This document shows, piece by piece, positions 34,740 to 48,640 of a stretch of DNA of 64,000 bases. Origin of the DNA: Potamilus streckersoni (Eukaryota). Under the pieces are notes generated by a model. The model had not been told where the DNA came from, searched no databases, and saw nothing but the letters and a program-made list of their open reading frames with translations. Location: positions 2,866,024 through 2,930,023 of the forward strand of contig JAEAOA010001935.1 of the NCBI GenBank assembly GCA_016746295.1. The letters run 5' to 3'. A program made the translations under genes and the position numbers. The stretch's first letter is position 1. The number at the start of each line of letters is the position of its first letter.

Positions 34740-35570
34740 TCCAGCTTCTGGTCTTCTGACAAGCACAGTGTTAGTCTTGACAATCCATTGTCAGGTCTTC
34801 TGACAAACACAGTGTTAGTCTTGACAATCCATTGTCAGGTCTTCTGACAAACACAGTGTTAGTCTTGACAATCCATTGTCAGGTCTTCTGACAAACACAG
34901 TGTTAGTCTTGACAATCCATTGTCAGGTCTTCTGACAAACACAGTGTTAGTCTTGATAATCCATTATCAGGTCTTCTGACAAACACAGTGTTAGTCTTGA
35001 CAATCCATTGTCAGGTCTTCTGACAAACACAGTGTTAGTCTTGACAATCCATTGTCAGGTCTTCTGACAAACACAGTGTTAGTCTTGACAATCCATTGTC
35101 AGGTCTTCTGACAAACACAGTGTTAGTCTTGACAATCCATTGTCAGGTCTTCTGACAAGCACAGTGTTAGTCTTGATAATCCATTATCAGGTCTTCTGAC
35201 AAACACAGTGTTAGTCTTGACAATCCATTGTCAGGTCTTCTGACAAGCACAGTGTTAGTCTTGACAATCCATTATCAGGTCTTCTGACAAGCACAGTGTT
35301 TGTCTTGACAATCCATTGTCAGGTCTTCTGACAAACACAGTGTTAGTCTTGACAATCCATTGTCAGGTCTTCTGACAAGCACAGTGTTAGTCTTGACAAT
35401 CCATTATCAGGTCTTCTGACAAGCACAGTGTTAGTCTTGACAATCCATGTCAGGTTTTCTGACAAGCAAAGTTTTAGTCTTGATAATCCATTGTCAGGTC
35501 TTCTGACAAACACAGTGTTAGTCTTGACAATCCATTGTCAGGTCTTCTGACAAACACAGTGTTAGTCTCC
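34740..35570. repeat. 44-bp satellite (TGACAAACACAGTGTTAGTCTTGACAATCCATTGTCAGGTCTTC), about 19 copies; unrelated in sequence to the 44-bp family at 13985-16475
   Basis: TGACAAACAC recurs at 34801 and 34845 (44 bp). AAACAC/AAGCAC and CATTGTC/CATTATC variants. Confidence 0.95.
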
Positions 35571-37767
35571 ACACAGCCCCATTCCAGTCAACAATCCTAA
35601 TTCAGAGCTGACCTCTTGGCATTTGGGGCAGTAGATCCTAACCCTTTCCCTAAAGAAAAGGGAGGACAGTAGTATGGACTTACTCTGTCTCCTGCAGTGT
35701 GTTTTATTCCATCAGTTCCTGTAGGTGCCAGGCTTAATCATTTTGACATGCTTAATTAGGTATCTCAGATAGAAGGTGGGTCCTCTTTACCATACCAGGA
35801 AGATAATGATTTTGGTTTTTAGATTTTCCTGTTTAAGTTAGTTCCTCTATGTACTTCAGCCAGTTGAATCTGATGTTGCTAAAGGACTCTGTTGACATAT
35901 TTTTAATGAAGAATAATTTCATTTGCCAATATTTTTACTACACTTAGGTAGCAGAGAAGCATTTTGTGAAAGTGACATTACAAATCCAAAATATGGACAC
36001 TCCAACTTTTATTACTTGCATCATCAACAAGTAATTTCATTTTATCACTGACTTTGGGTTGTGTGTTTCAGCACAGTTGTGCTTTCATCTTTGAGTACAG
36101 TATTACAAATGAGATTCACAATTGTAGCTCAGTGAATTTTCAAGTGATTGTCTCCAAAATTAGGCTAAAATTACCTCATTTGTTTCATGCATGAAATGAC
36201 TTCAGCACCATTTGTATTGACCTACAGACACACCACTTATTCCATATGTGCTGAAAAAGAAGAATCTTTATACATGTAATCTGTCATGTTCTTCCTCAAC
36301 TTTTTGTTATTTCATATAAGACTGATGTGTTTTTGAAGTTATTACATGTCACTGGATTGTTTTTACTTGCTCATATTTCTGCTTAATGTAAGTTTATAAT
36401 ATGATTTGTGTAATGTGCAGACAATATTTGTTAACCTGTGGCATCAACAACTCCCAAAACAGCTCAGTCCAGAATAAAACATGATACTACATAACCAAAA
36501 GACCAACAATACAGTTTACATGTACATAGAAAACTCATTTTCAGCATTTATCAAATAAAAGGTGTTATTTTCATACAAATATTTAAAAATCACATGACAT
36601 AAATTTATCTACATTTCAAGATCTTGATATGAATATCATTTACAGTGTTGAGTTTAAGAAACTTTCTTTGTTAATATATTTAATTTGAGTTCTATCATTT
36701 TATTTGAGTTCAGTCATTTTAAAGCAACTCTCTGAGCTTGTTTTTTTGCATCATCTAATACTATATCTGCATGGAAAGTAGGCCACTGTGATTTTATTTT
36801 TATGCATCTGACTCAGCAAATGCATGTAGAAATTCATTTAAGGAAAGACAGCATAGATGATAAATTTCAGGAAAAGACTAAATTTAAACTCCAGAGTTGT
36901 TCTTCATATTGTTCACAACTTTTCTAAGGCAAGGAGGTTACAGTGACCCATTTATTTCTAGATCAGTTATCAAATATATACTCAACCAGTAAGATAAAAG
37001 TAAGATATCTTCTAACAATTTCTTTAAGGTTATTTTAGATCTTGCCTTGTTCTATTTTAGGTTCATAATAAATTGATTTTATTGTACCTATATGCACCTG
37101 ACAGAATAAGCTCTCCCACAATTGTTATTGTCAAGTTGAATTGCTGATTTGCATAGAATGTCTGCATGACGTAATTCTGTAATTCTTCATGACAGTATTA
37201 ACTATACCAACAGTTCCACAACAGTTTATTGCAAATGTTGAACTATAGCTGAATTCAAGCATCCTAACAAGAATATTTGCAAATTATTCTTCTTGCAAAC
37301 TCATCCCAGCTTATTTTGAAAACATCCAAAATGCAATAAATGAATGATATTAAAATGTTAAATGAACAAATATTTGTGAGAAAGGCCAGTTTATATGCAG
37401 AGTTTAGAATAATATGGCCTATTATCTATAAGAATTATTTCATGCAAGAAAAGAAAGTAAGACTCATAATTAAGATAATCAGCTCTCCATTCCAAAGCCA
37501 AATAAAGAAATGTTTCCATCATTCAGGGGCTACTAATTTGGAGTAACAATTTCTCTACCAGGGTTGTGACAGTGTATATAAGCAAGTAAAAGAGGTCAAC
37601 AAAAAGAGGATTAGTTGTGTCACCCTTTGATTGTGTCATAGTCTTTAAACAAAGTTGTTATTATTAACGTAAAGATTTCTTAACAAAGCATTTTATGTAA
37701 ATTGACCTTTCTACCACTCTACCCACCTGACTCACATGCCTATGGTCAGACCAATCACATGTAATAA

Positions 37768-39968
37768 TTGATTGCTGATAAGACCTAATTAATTGTACAT
37801 GCACAACTGATAGACCTAATTAATTGTACATGCACAACTGATAGACCTAATTAATTGTACATGCACAACTGATAGACCTAATTAATTGTACATGTACAAC
37901 TGATAGACCTAATTAATTGTACATGTACAACTGATAGACCTAATTAATTGTACATGCACAACTGATAGACCTAATTAATTGTACATGTACAACTGATAAG
38001 ACCTAATTAATTATACATGCACAACTGATAAGAACTAATTAATTGTACATGCACAACTGATAGACCTAATTAATTGTACATGTACAACTGATAGACCTAA
38101 TTAATTGTACATGCACAACTGATAAGACCTAATTAATTGTACATGCACAACTGATAGACCTAATTAATTGTACATGCACAACTGATAGATCTAATTAATT
38201 GTACATGTACAACTGATAAGACCTAATTAATTGTACATGCACAACTGATAAGAACTAATTAATTGTACATGCACAACTGATAGACCTAATTAATTGTACA
38301 TGTACAACTGATAGACCTAATTAATTGTACATGCACAACTGATAAGACCTAATTAATTGTACATGCACAACTGATAGACCTAATTAATTGTACATACACA
38401 ACTGATAAGACCTAATTAATTGTACATGCACAACTGATAAGAACTAATTAATTGTACATGCACAACTGAGAGACCTAATTAATTGTACATGTACAACTGA
38501 TAAGACCTAATTAATTGTACATGCACAACTGATAAGAACTAATTAATTGTACATGCACAACTGATAGACCTAATTAATTGTACATGTACAACTGATAGAC
38601 CTAATTAATTGTACATGCACAACTGATAAGACCTAATTAATTGTACATGCACAACTGATAGACCTAATTAATTGTACATGCACAACTGATAAGAACTAAT
38701 TAATTGTGCATGCACAACTGATAGACCTAATTAATTGTACATGTACAACTGATAGACCTAATTAATTGTACATGCACAACTGATAGACCTAATTAATTGT
38801 ACATGTACAACTGATAGACCTAATTAATTGTACATGCACAACTGATAGACCTAATTAATTGTATATGCACAACTGATAAGACCTAATTAATTGTACATGC
38901 ACAACTGATAGACCTAATTAATTGTATATGCACAACTGATAAGAACTAATTAATTGTACATGCACAACTGATAGACCTAATTAATTGTACATGTACAACT
39001 GATAGACCTAATTAATTGTACATGTACAACTGATAGACCTAATTAATTGTACATGCACAACTGATAGACCTAATTAATTGTACATGTACAACTGATAAGA
39101 CCTAATTAATTATACATGCACAACTGATAAGAACTAATTAATTGTACATGCACAACTGATAGACCTAATTAATTGTACATGTACAACTGATAGACCTAAT
39201 TAATTGTACATGCACAACTGATAAGACCTAATTAATTGTACATGCACAACTGATAAGAACTAATTAATTGTACATGCACAACTGAGAGACCTAATTAATT
39301 GTACATGTACAACTGATAAGACCTAATTAATTGTACATGCACAACTGATAAGAACTAATTAATTGTGCATGCACAACTGATAGACCTAATTAATTGTACA
39401 TGTACAACTGATAGACCTAATTAATTGTACATGCACAACTGATAGACCTAATTAATTGTACATGTACAACTGATAGACCTAATTAATTGTACATGCACAA
39501 CTGATAGACCTAATTAATTGTATATGCACAACTGATAAGACCTAATTAATTGTACATGCACAACTGATAGACCTAATTAATTGTATATGCACAACTGATA
39601 AGAACTAATTAATTGTACATGCACAACTGATAGACCTAATTAATTGTACATGTACAACTGATAGACCTAATTAATTGTACATGTACAACTGATAGACCTA
39701 ATTAATTGTACATGCACAACTGATAAGACCTAATTAATTGTACATGCACAACTGATAGACCTAATTAATTGTACATGTACAACTGATAGACCTAATTAAT
39801 TGTACATGCACAACTGATAAACCTAATTAATTGTACATGTACAACTGATAGACCTAATTAATTGTACATGCACAACTGATAGACCTAATTAATTGTACAT
39901 GTACAACTGATAGACCTAATTAATTTTACATGCACAACTTATAAGACCTAATTAATTGTACATACACA
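37768..39968. repeat. 31/32-bp satellite (TAGACCTAATTAATTGTACATGCACAACTGA), about 70 copies, with GATAAGACC, GATAAGAAC and ACATGTACAACTG variants
   Basis: GCACAACTGA recurs at a 31-bp period (37801, 37832). 2.2 kb of head-to-tail copies. Confidence 0.95.
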
Positions 39969-40149
39969 AAAAAGACACTTTTACTACCTACCTGTTTTAG
40001 TTAATTCTGTTTAACTTTTAATATAACTTCTGAGCAAATTAATTAAATATATAAAATTTAGGAATTAAACTCACATTAGTATCATATTTTTACAATTTCA
40101 TAAAAAAATGTTGACAAATCTAAAACTGATGAATAAGGAGGAAATTAAG

Positions 40150-40446
40150 CTCTTCTATTGACCTAAGTAGTTAGAGTGTCCACCTTGGATGCAGGAGGTA
40201 ACAAGTTCGAACCCCAGCCAAATCATAAGACTTACAAAAATGGTATGAGCAGCTGCCTTGCTAGGTGCTCAACATTAAGAGGTTAGTACAAGGATTGGTC
40301 AGTCTGGTGTCAGGATAATGTGACTTGGTGGGACATCATGCTGCATACCTGTGGCATGATTTCCCAGTGCTAGACATCACTATTAACTGCCACACTGCAG
40401 ACATCATAGCAAAATGAATTGTTAAAGCTACTTTTAGAATCCATAT

Positions 40447-40476
<30 letters not shown>
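40150..40476 (+). mobile_element. tRNA-derived SINE (family A), full-length reference copy with a (CA)15 tail
   Basis: The 5' head, GACCTAAGTAGTTAGAGTGTCCACCTTGGATGCAGGAGGTAACAAGTTCGAACCCCAGCC, has an A-box-like AGTAGTTAGAG motif and a B-box-like GTTCGAACCCC motif. The body is homologous to the other four copies. It ends ..CAGACATCATAGCAAAATGAATTGTTAAAGCTACTTTTAGAATCCATAT(CA)n at 40446-40475. Confidence 0.75.
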
Positions 40477-40477
<1 letters not shown>

Positions 40478-40527
40478 TTCTAGACAGGTCACTCATAAAT
40501 GAAAAATTTGCTTTTCTTTCACGTTTT

Positions 40528-40748
40528 ACCATATATGCTTGCTTATAAGAGTCCTCCTGCAGCAAGCAGCTCAGACCCAGATCTGCCATTGCATAATGCT
40601 CCAGCAGATCTGAGTCTGGCAGTTTGTTAAGAATAATCAGTAAAACAAACAATATATACCCTGATCTGCAGGCATATTAAGTCATGGCAGATCAGGATCT
40701 TTATTATTTACAGTTTTATGTGACTTATAAGTGAGTATATGTGGGACC
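40528..40748. mobile_element. Full-length palindromic MITE-like element copy (CCATATATGCTTGCTTATAAGAGTCC..CAGACCCAGATCTGCCATTGCATAATGCTCCAGCAGATCTGAG...GTGACTTATAAGTGAGTATATGTGGG), about 50 bp downstream of the SINE tail
   Basis: The termini CCATATATGC..CTTATAAG and CTTATAAGTGAGTATATGTGG are reverse complements. Internal paired CAGATCTG motifs. Confidence 0.8.
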
Positions 40749-43700
40749 CATAAAGGCTTAATAGCAATTGAAGATGATAAAAGCAATCATTTTATAAAGC
40801 ACTTAGGATTTTGTCCTGAAATCCAATTATTTGACTGGGTAACAGACAGACAGTAAGGTAAAGGTAAAATATCCTGCAGTGTTCATCAATCAATTTTAAA
40901 TTACAATAACCTGTGTGCCATATGTTTTATGTTTATACACAAGCTTATATCTTTGTAATTCATTATCAACCCATTTTCAGATAACTTCCAAGTATTTTTG
41001 ACAAGGAGGTTCATTTTAATCATACCAACTTATACATTTTTGTTGTTAGATTGTTATGAACATCCATTTAATTTTGAAACATGAACATAAAAGCCAATTT
41101 AGACATTCATAGATTTGCTTTACTATTAAAGTTTGATTTTCAAATGCAAAGCAATCTTTATTCAAGTTTAAACTCAGCTGGAAATATCATTCATCTATTG
41201 AATGTCTAATTCACCCAATTTATTTTCTTGAATTGAAGTCATATTTCATGGCACATAAACTTGTAGACTGATGCCTGATATTTTTTGCAAATTATTTTTC
41301 TGTTGTGTTATAAAATTGGAACACATGAACTAAATTATGTCAATAGTTTTGGGATCATTGGATACACACAAGGTCATGAAGGTCATAACTACAGTTCACT
41401 TGGCTCCAATACTGATGTACTAGAGTGTTCCAATACAGAGATAAGAGCCCTATTAGTTTCTGGAGAGAGTCAATATTTACAAAGTGCTATGGCCTTAGTT
41501 ATCAATGGCTGAAACATTCAGGATGAGTTTACTATTGGAAGACTTGGTTACTGTTTGTTGGACTATTAAATTTGTTCACCTTTGATCTTAGCCAGTAAAT
41601 CTGGGAGCTAACTTGTTGAAAGCTGTAAATTATTAGCACTTTCAGGAATGTATTATGTATGTTCAGTCTGTTCAACTGTCAGTTTTAAACATGAATTGGA
41701 AATAATTTTACAGTTTCCACACAAACTGAATGAGAGAAAAAAGACAAACAGGTTTGCTCAGAGGAATTAGATATTTCACTCTTGGTACTTGTAATAATGA
41801 TTTGATTAAACACATCTTTTATTTACACATTAAAACAACATGTACCCTCCTCACCCAATGTACATGTTTAATTGCTGGCATGTATTTTCAGGCCCAGCCA
41901 CATCCCTAATACACTAAGACAATTGTCACTTTGGATTTAAATAACCAATAATAAAAAGTTGTAAACTTTTTACTATCCCCTCATTAAAAAAATTGTTATG
42001 GGATACACTGTATAGTAAATATATTTTATGTTGTTTATATATTTATTATGTCTTCATTACACTCTCATTATCTTGGACCATTTTTACACATACACTCATG
42101 AAATTATGTTTATTCATTTTGAGGTAACTGCCAAAATTAGGTTGCTGTGATTTAATGTTTATGCTTGAGCTATTATTTCATTATACCTTTAATATTTTGA
42201 ATCATATTATATCTATACTGCATCTATGAAAGAGAAACTGATAATACTAAAACTGGGTCACTGTGACCTAATTATCTGCTTTAGTGATTTATGTATTTTC
42301 AGCTATTTTTTTATTATGCCTTTACTTTTTGGATGATATTACATCTAAGCTCATCAAGCCTTTTCAGTGGACATAGCTTTTGTGGAGTTACTCCACCAAA
42401 GTAATGTGACCTGATTCTCTATCAAGAGTGATTTGTATATATTCTGTATACTCCATAATACAAAAAAGATATGTTACTTTGACTTAATTGACAGGCTTGA
42501 GTATCATTTGTATTTTCAGCAGTTAATTTATTACACATCTGTAACTGTTATATTTTTATTCATTATACTTTGTATGTGGACACATATCCAGGAAGTTCCT
42601 GGACTCGGAACCAATGGGTTACAAATTTGAAAACTGTCCATACCAGCTTGGTTCTCTAACCAAAATGCCCCACTCCCATTACCTCTGAATAAGTTATCTA
42701 TACCAGCCTGTATATTGTTGACTACTTCCTGTTGGGGAGGGATTGTATTTATGAGTAAACAACTTGTTTCTTGTTTTATTTTTGATTTTGGTTCTCTATC
42801 TGATACAATGATCTTGCTGTCAGACCTATTTTGGGGTAGTTTCAAAATTATCACCCTTTTAAAAGAAACTGAATTTTAGTGGAGTATTTTTTTAAAAATT
42901 CTACCCAAATATAAATAGGAAACAGGAGTGATAATTAAAATCAAGATTCTGATTAACAATTAAAATCTCACTTTCAGCACTGTATCATTTTTAATGCTTT
43001 CCAGTTTTATTGTTTTATTATCCATGACAGTTATAATTTATTGTGAAGTAATTTTTATGCTTGTTCCATTAATTTAAGACAGGCATTTCTTGAGTTTAAT
43101 ACTGGTGTACATTATATTCAAATAGGTATGAAAAGAGAGCAGATGTAGGTTGTTTTCTTCTTCTGAAAATAGTTATGTTACTCCCCTCCTTCCCAAAGAT
43201 CAAGTTATTAGTGTCTAAATGTAGTTTGTGGAATGACTAATTTGATTTCTAATCACTTAAAAATGTACATATTATGGCTTCTGGTATGTCTCTTTACAAA
43301 AAAATTGCATTTAATACCTACAACTGATTCACAAAAAGGGCAAAAAAAAATAAAAAATCAAAATTGGGAGGCATTCTGGGTTTATTTGCATGTAAATGCT
43401 TCCCACCATGCCCATAAATAGTCTTACCAAGTTACAATGAAGTGTAAATTATATAAAAAATCATGGTCTTTATTTACATATGCAAGATTGGGTACCAGTA
43501 TGGTACTGTATGGTACAATACAGAACACATGTGAATGATGTTTTGCAAGATCTATGATGTAATTTAGTAGTGCAAGGGAATTTAAAATCACTGACTGGGG
43601 AAAATGTTTGATTTATGATGCACTAGTTATCAAAATGAATGGACTGTTTGTGAAAAAATAAATATTGTATTCATTACTTATTCCATTTTGACCTTATAAT

Positions 43701-44974
43701 AAAAAATGGGTGTTTACCTTATAATTTTTCAGGTTTTGAATTATTACATGCCTCAAGGCAAATTAGTTCCATTGTGCAATTAATTGTCATCCACATTAAA
43801 TAAAATAATTGTAATTTCTTCTTCTTATTATTATTATAATTATTATTATTAATATAATTATTATTATGAGTAGCATGTACTTTTTAAGTGCACTGTATTT
43901 GGTACAAAACTTCTCTATTTTTTATTACATTGTTTACTGTATAATGTCATGAATGAAAGAATACCTGATTCATAGTTACATGTCTTTCATGTCAGTAAAA
44001 TAAAAAAGACTTGTTATTTTGTGTATCGGAATGCCTGTTGTAAATTCAAAAAAAAGGGTTTCTATTATGTACTGTGATTTCACAATTATTGTTAATTGGG
44101 TTTTCATTGATTTATTGGATGATAAAACCACAAACTAAAAATTCCAGTGATCAGTTATCTTTTTTTTAAATTTCCCATTCAATGAAATTAAGTGTATAAG
44201 ATGTAATATTTTATAAAACAAAAACAAATATTAATTTGCACTAAATCATTACTTCTACAGTGCATTTTTTTTAGCAGATGATACATGTTACAGACTTGCT
44301 TTAAGAGTTTTATTAAAGTTTTTCATATATGAAAACCCTCCCCTGTAGCTTCTTGGTGGTATATTGTAAAGCATTTAGACAGGATTAAGTGTCTATGGTG
44401 ATTTACAAGGCACCCATGAACTGCAGGATATTGAACTATTCAGTGCTAGATTTCATTTTAATGTTCAGATTCTGGTGTGATCAAAGGTACTCAATAGTCA
44501 CCAAGTTAGTAGTCTTCAATTGTTTGCCAACTCCTTACAAAGTAAAAAGTCAATAACATCTAGTACATGGGTAAACCTATACATAGGAGTATCATAGTAG
44601 GTAAACTATTTAACACCTTTCTGCTATCATCTGGTCACTTTTATGATGATAAAGGGTTCTTCGGTGCCATCCCCCTCCTGATCAGTGGATGAAAGATAAC
44701 AAAGATGACTCTTTTGATGTTACATTATTTTTAGTCTGGATTTAATTGGTAGCACAGGTAAGGTAGGTCTCTGATTGCAAATTTGCCTTAGTATGTAGAT
44801 AATATGAGAAAACATGCATGCATTCTTTTAAAACAAAAAGTAGCATAAGGTGACAAACAGTCAGTTTCTGCAGCTTTTGCAGTATTGCAGAAAATTTTTG
44901 TTTGCAGCTCTTGGATAGGGTACTTTACATACTGTATATAATGTCTGTGATAATGTCTTGGATAGGGTAATTTA

Positions 44975-45172
44975 CTTACTTTATACACTTCCAAGTTGAT
45001 CCATCTGCAAACAACATAGACATTGATCTGTCATTGCATAATGTGACAGCAGATCGGGTCGTGTTCTACTGATTACTCCTTACCTACTGCACATTATCCA
45101 ATGACAGATCAGGGTCTGTGTTCTACTGATTACTCCTCACCTACTGCACATTATGCAGTGTCAGATCTGTGT
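44975..45172. mobile_element. Palindromic MITE-like element copy (left terminus ..TTTATACACTTCCAAGTTGATCCATCTGCAAACAACATAGAC..), with a 40-bp internal duplication (GTGTTCTACTGATTACTCCTYACCTACTGCACATTAT x2); the right terminus is replaced by the 60-bp satellite
   Basis: Its left half matches the family consensus. After ..CAGTGTCAGATCTGTGTCAGGATGG the sequence continues directly as the first monomer of the 45160-46165 array. Confidence 0.7.
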
Positions 45173-46165
45173 CAGGATGGTACTATACTTTTCATGTCTG
45201 GTACTTCATACTTTTATACTATGCAAGTCAGGATGGTACTATACTTTTCATGTCTGGTACTTCATGCTTTTTTTACTATTCAAGTCAGGATGGTACTATA
45301 CTTTTCATGTCAGGTACTTCATACTTTTGTACTATTCAAGTCAGGATGTTACTATACTTTTCATGTCTGGTACTTCATACTTTTTTACTATTCAAGTCAG
45401 GATGGTACTATACTTTTCATGTCTGGTACTTCATACTTTTTTACTATGCAAGTCAGGATGGTACTATACTTTTCATGTCTGGTACTTCATACTTTTTTTT
45501 ACTATGCAAGTCAGGATGGTACTATACTTTTCATGTCTGGTACTTCATACTTTTTTACTATGCAAGTCAGGATGATGCTATACTTTTCATGTCTGGTACT
45601 TCATACTTTTTTTTACTATGCAAGTCAGGATGGTACTATACTTTTCATGTCTGGTACTTCATACTTTTTTTTACTATGCAAGTCAGGATGTTACTATACT
45701 TTTCATGTCTGGTACTTCATGCTTTTTTACTATTCAAGTCAGGATGGTACTATACTTTTCATGTCTGGTACTTCATACTTTTTTACTATTCAAGTCAGGA
45801 TGGTACTATACTTTTCATGTCTGGTACTTCATACTTTTTTACTATGCAAGTCAGGATGTTACTATACTTTTCATGTCTGGTACTTCATACTTTTTTACTA
45901 TGCAAGTCAGGATGGTACTATACTTTTCATGTCTGGTACTTCATACTTTTTTACTATTCAAGTCAGGATGGTACTATACTTTTCATGTCTGGTACTTCAT
46001 ACTTTTTTACTATGCAAGTCAGGATGGTACTATACTTTTCATGTCTGGTACTTCATACTTTTTTACTATTCAAGTCAGGATGGTACTATACTTTTCATGT
46101 CTGGTACTTCATACTTTTTTTACTATGCAAGTCAGGATGGTACTATACTTTTATGTCTGTAATAC
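45160..46165. repeat. 59/60-bp satellite (CAAGTCAGGATGGTACTATACTTTTCATGTCTGGTACTTCATACTTTTTTACTATG), about 17 copies
   Basis: Head-to-tail copies. The 353-, 352-, 189- and 140-aa plus-strand ORFs are period-60 artifacts rich in F, Y and L, encoded by the low-complexity sequence. Confidence 0.95.
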
Positions 46166-46344
46166 TTTATGTTTGTCAGATATTTAAATTTGTGTTGGTA
46201 GTGTATAGTTATTTTAAATCATTTTAGTTTTTATGAAAATATAAAAGAAAGATTGAACAAAAATTAACACTTTATTTTGGCTTATTTCAATAATTCAGCT
46301 GTTCTACAATAGATTTTTATAATGATACAAGCAATGATTGTATG

Positions 46345-47110
46345 CAAATTATCCAGATGCATAGTGTGTGATAATATCCAGATGCATAGTGTATAATAAT
46401 ATCCAGATACATATTGTGTGTGATAATGTCAAGATAGATAATGTGTGACAATATCCAGATGCGTAATGTGTGATAAAATCCAGATGCATAGTGTGTAATA
46501 ATATCCAGATACATATTGTGTGTGATAATGTCCAGATAGATAATATGTGACAATATCCAGATGCATAGTGTGTGATAATATCCAGATGCATATTGTGTGA
46601 TAATGTCCAGATATATATTGTGTGTGATAATGTCCAGATAGATAATGTATGATAATATCCAGATGCATAGTGTTTGATAATATCCAGATGCATTGTGTGT
46701 GATAATATCCAGATACATAGTATGTGTGATAATGTCCAGATACATAGTGTGTGATAATGTCCAGATACATAGTGTGTGTGATAATATCCAGATACATTGT
46801 GTGTGATATAATCTCAAGATAATATCATGTGTGTGATAATGTCCAGATAGATAATGAGTGATAATATCTAGATGCATAGTGTGTGATAATATCCAGATGC
46901 ATTGTGTGTGATAATATCCTGATGCATTGTGTGTGTGATAATGTCCAGATACATAGTGTGTGATAATATCCAGATGCATAGTATGTGATAATATCCAGAT
47001 GCATTGTGTGTGATAATATCCAGATGCATTGTGTGTGTGATAATGTCCAGATACATATTGTGTGTGATAATGTTCAGATAGATAAATGTGTGATAATATC
47101 TAGATGCATG
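46345..47110. repeat. 25-27-bp satellite (ATCCAGATGCATAGTGTGTGATAAT, with ATCCAGATACATATTGTGTGTGATAATGTC and AGATAGATAATGTGTGACAAT variants), about 30 copies
   Basis: ATCCAGATGC recurs at 46351 and 46376 (25 bp). The minus-strand ORFs of 220, 122 and 114 aa are artifacts. Confidence 0.9.
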
Positions 47111-48069
47111 GTGTATGATATATATCCTGTTATGACCCTGTAGTTAAAATTACATTTGTGTTAAAATTTGAATTCTTTTTTTTAATTTTTTCCTTTTTAT
47201 TTCATTTTTATATCATTAAATATAATTATTAATATGATGATTATTATGTTGGCAGGGTCGGATAAAAGCTTGTTAGAAGCATCATACATGTATTTATTTA
47301 AAACATAAATGTGACTCATGTAAGCACGATTTTTGTGTGACTGTTTTGTCATATTAAGTTTACAGTCAGAAATAAATATGTAAATGATTGAGTGTGACAG
47401 GTCATTGCTAATAATATTTGTTGACATTCTATACTAGGTTGCTGATATTTCAAAATCTTCATGATTTCTTCATGCGTGTGCATGGGATGATGTATTATTT
47501 TGCTTTAAATGCTTATGTACTTGCAAAATAGTCAGTCATAGTTGAGAGTCATTTTTTAACATTTTAGAGAGTCAATTTATAACATCTTACAGAGTTTCTA
47601 ATACCTTAAGAAAAGGTATTCCTGTGCTAGAAAGAGTTGTTGTTTGTATGTATGAAGAATTACATGTGTTTTGTTATTAAGGATCATAATTGTACTTAAT
47701 ATACCTTCTAAAAAATAATTAAATTCCTTGGAGAACTACACAACTGGCTTTACAACTGGCTTTAGACAAAGACATTTGCTGAAATTATTTCTAAATTGTT
47801 ACAGAACAATACAAATCGTGATTCACAATGAAAATTTGGACATTTGTGTTAACCTTTGTCTGACATCATCATCCACCATCTTGGAATGGGACTGAGATTC
47901 ATACGACATCAATTTAGAACTGTTTAGTCACAGGACTTATGTGTTTTCACAATTTTAGGACCAAATTTGGATCTTCTTCATAAATTGTAAGTCTTGTTTC
48001 ATATTTTTACCTCTTCAGCTTACAAAGCTTGTTGTCTCCGCACTATTCCTTATATTACTTTAAATGAGC

Positions 48070-48640
48070 CAATAATTAACAATCCAGATACATATAGTAT
48101 ATGATAATATCCAGATACATAGTGTATGATAATGTCCAGATACCTATAGTATAAAATAATATCCAGATACATATAGTGTATGATAATATCTAGATAGATG
48201 ATGTGTGGTAATATCTGGATACATATTGTGTGTGATAATATCCAGATAGATAATGTGTGGTAATATCTGGATACATATGATGTGATAAAATCCAGGTACA
48301 GATGATGTGTGATAATATCCAGATACATATAGTGTATGATAATATTCCAATACATATAGTGTAAAATAACATCCAGATACTTTTAGTCTATGATAATATC
48401 TAGATACATATAGTGTATGATAACATCCAGATACATATAGTGTGTGATAATATTCCAATACATATAGTGTATGATAACATCCAAATACATATGGTGTTTG
48501 ATAATATCCAGATACATATAGTCTGTGATAAAATACATATACATATAGTTTATCATAATATCCAGAGACATATAGAGTGTGATAATATTTCAATACATAT
48601 TGTGTGTGATGATATCCAGATACATATTGTACTGGAGATA
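48070..48640. repeat. Second array of the ATCCAGATACATATAGTGTATGATAAT satellite family (25-27 bp), about 21 copies, more diverged
   Basis: Same core motif, ATCCAGATACATA..GTGT.TGATAAT, as 46345-47110. The two arrays are separated by about 1 kb of AT-rich unique sequence. Confidence 0.9.

Noticed and set aside
35570-35760. A moderately GC-rich unique segment directly 3' of the 44-bp satellite at 34740-35570, considered as another copy of the SINE-like module
   Set aside because: It shows no alignable similarity to the module copies at 7185, 15655 or 61535, and there is no second copy in the window. I left it unannotated.
42531-42854. 107-aa minus-strand ORF in unique sequence
   Set aside because: No start context, low-complexity AT-rich codon usage, and no splice-like boundaries. 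At this length and AT content an ORF of this size is expected by chance.
45101-46227. 352- and 353-aa plus-strand ORFs rich in F, Y and L
   Set aside because: Artifacts of the 60-bp satellite at 45160-46165. Several overlapping frames are open at once, and the translations are pure 20-aa repeats.
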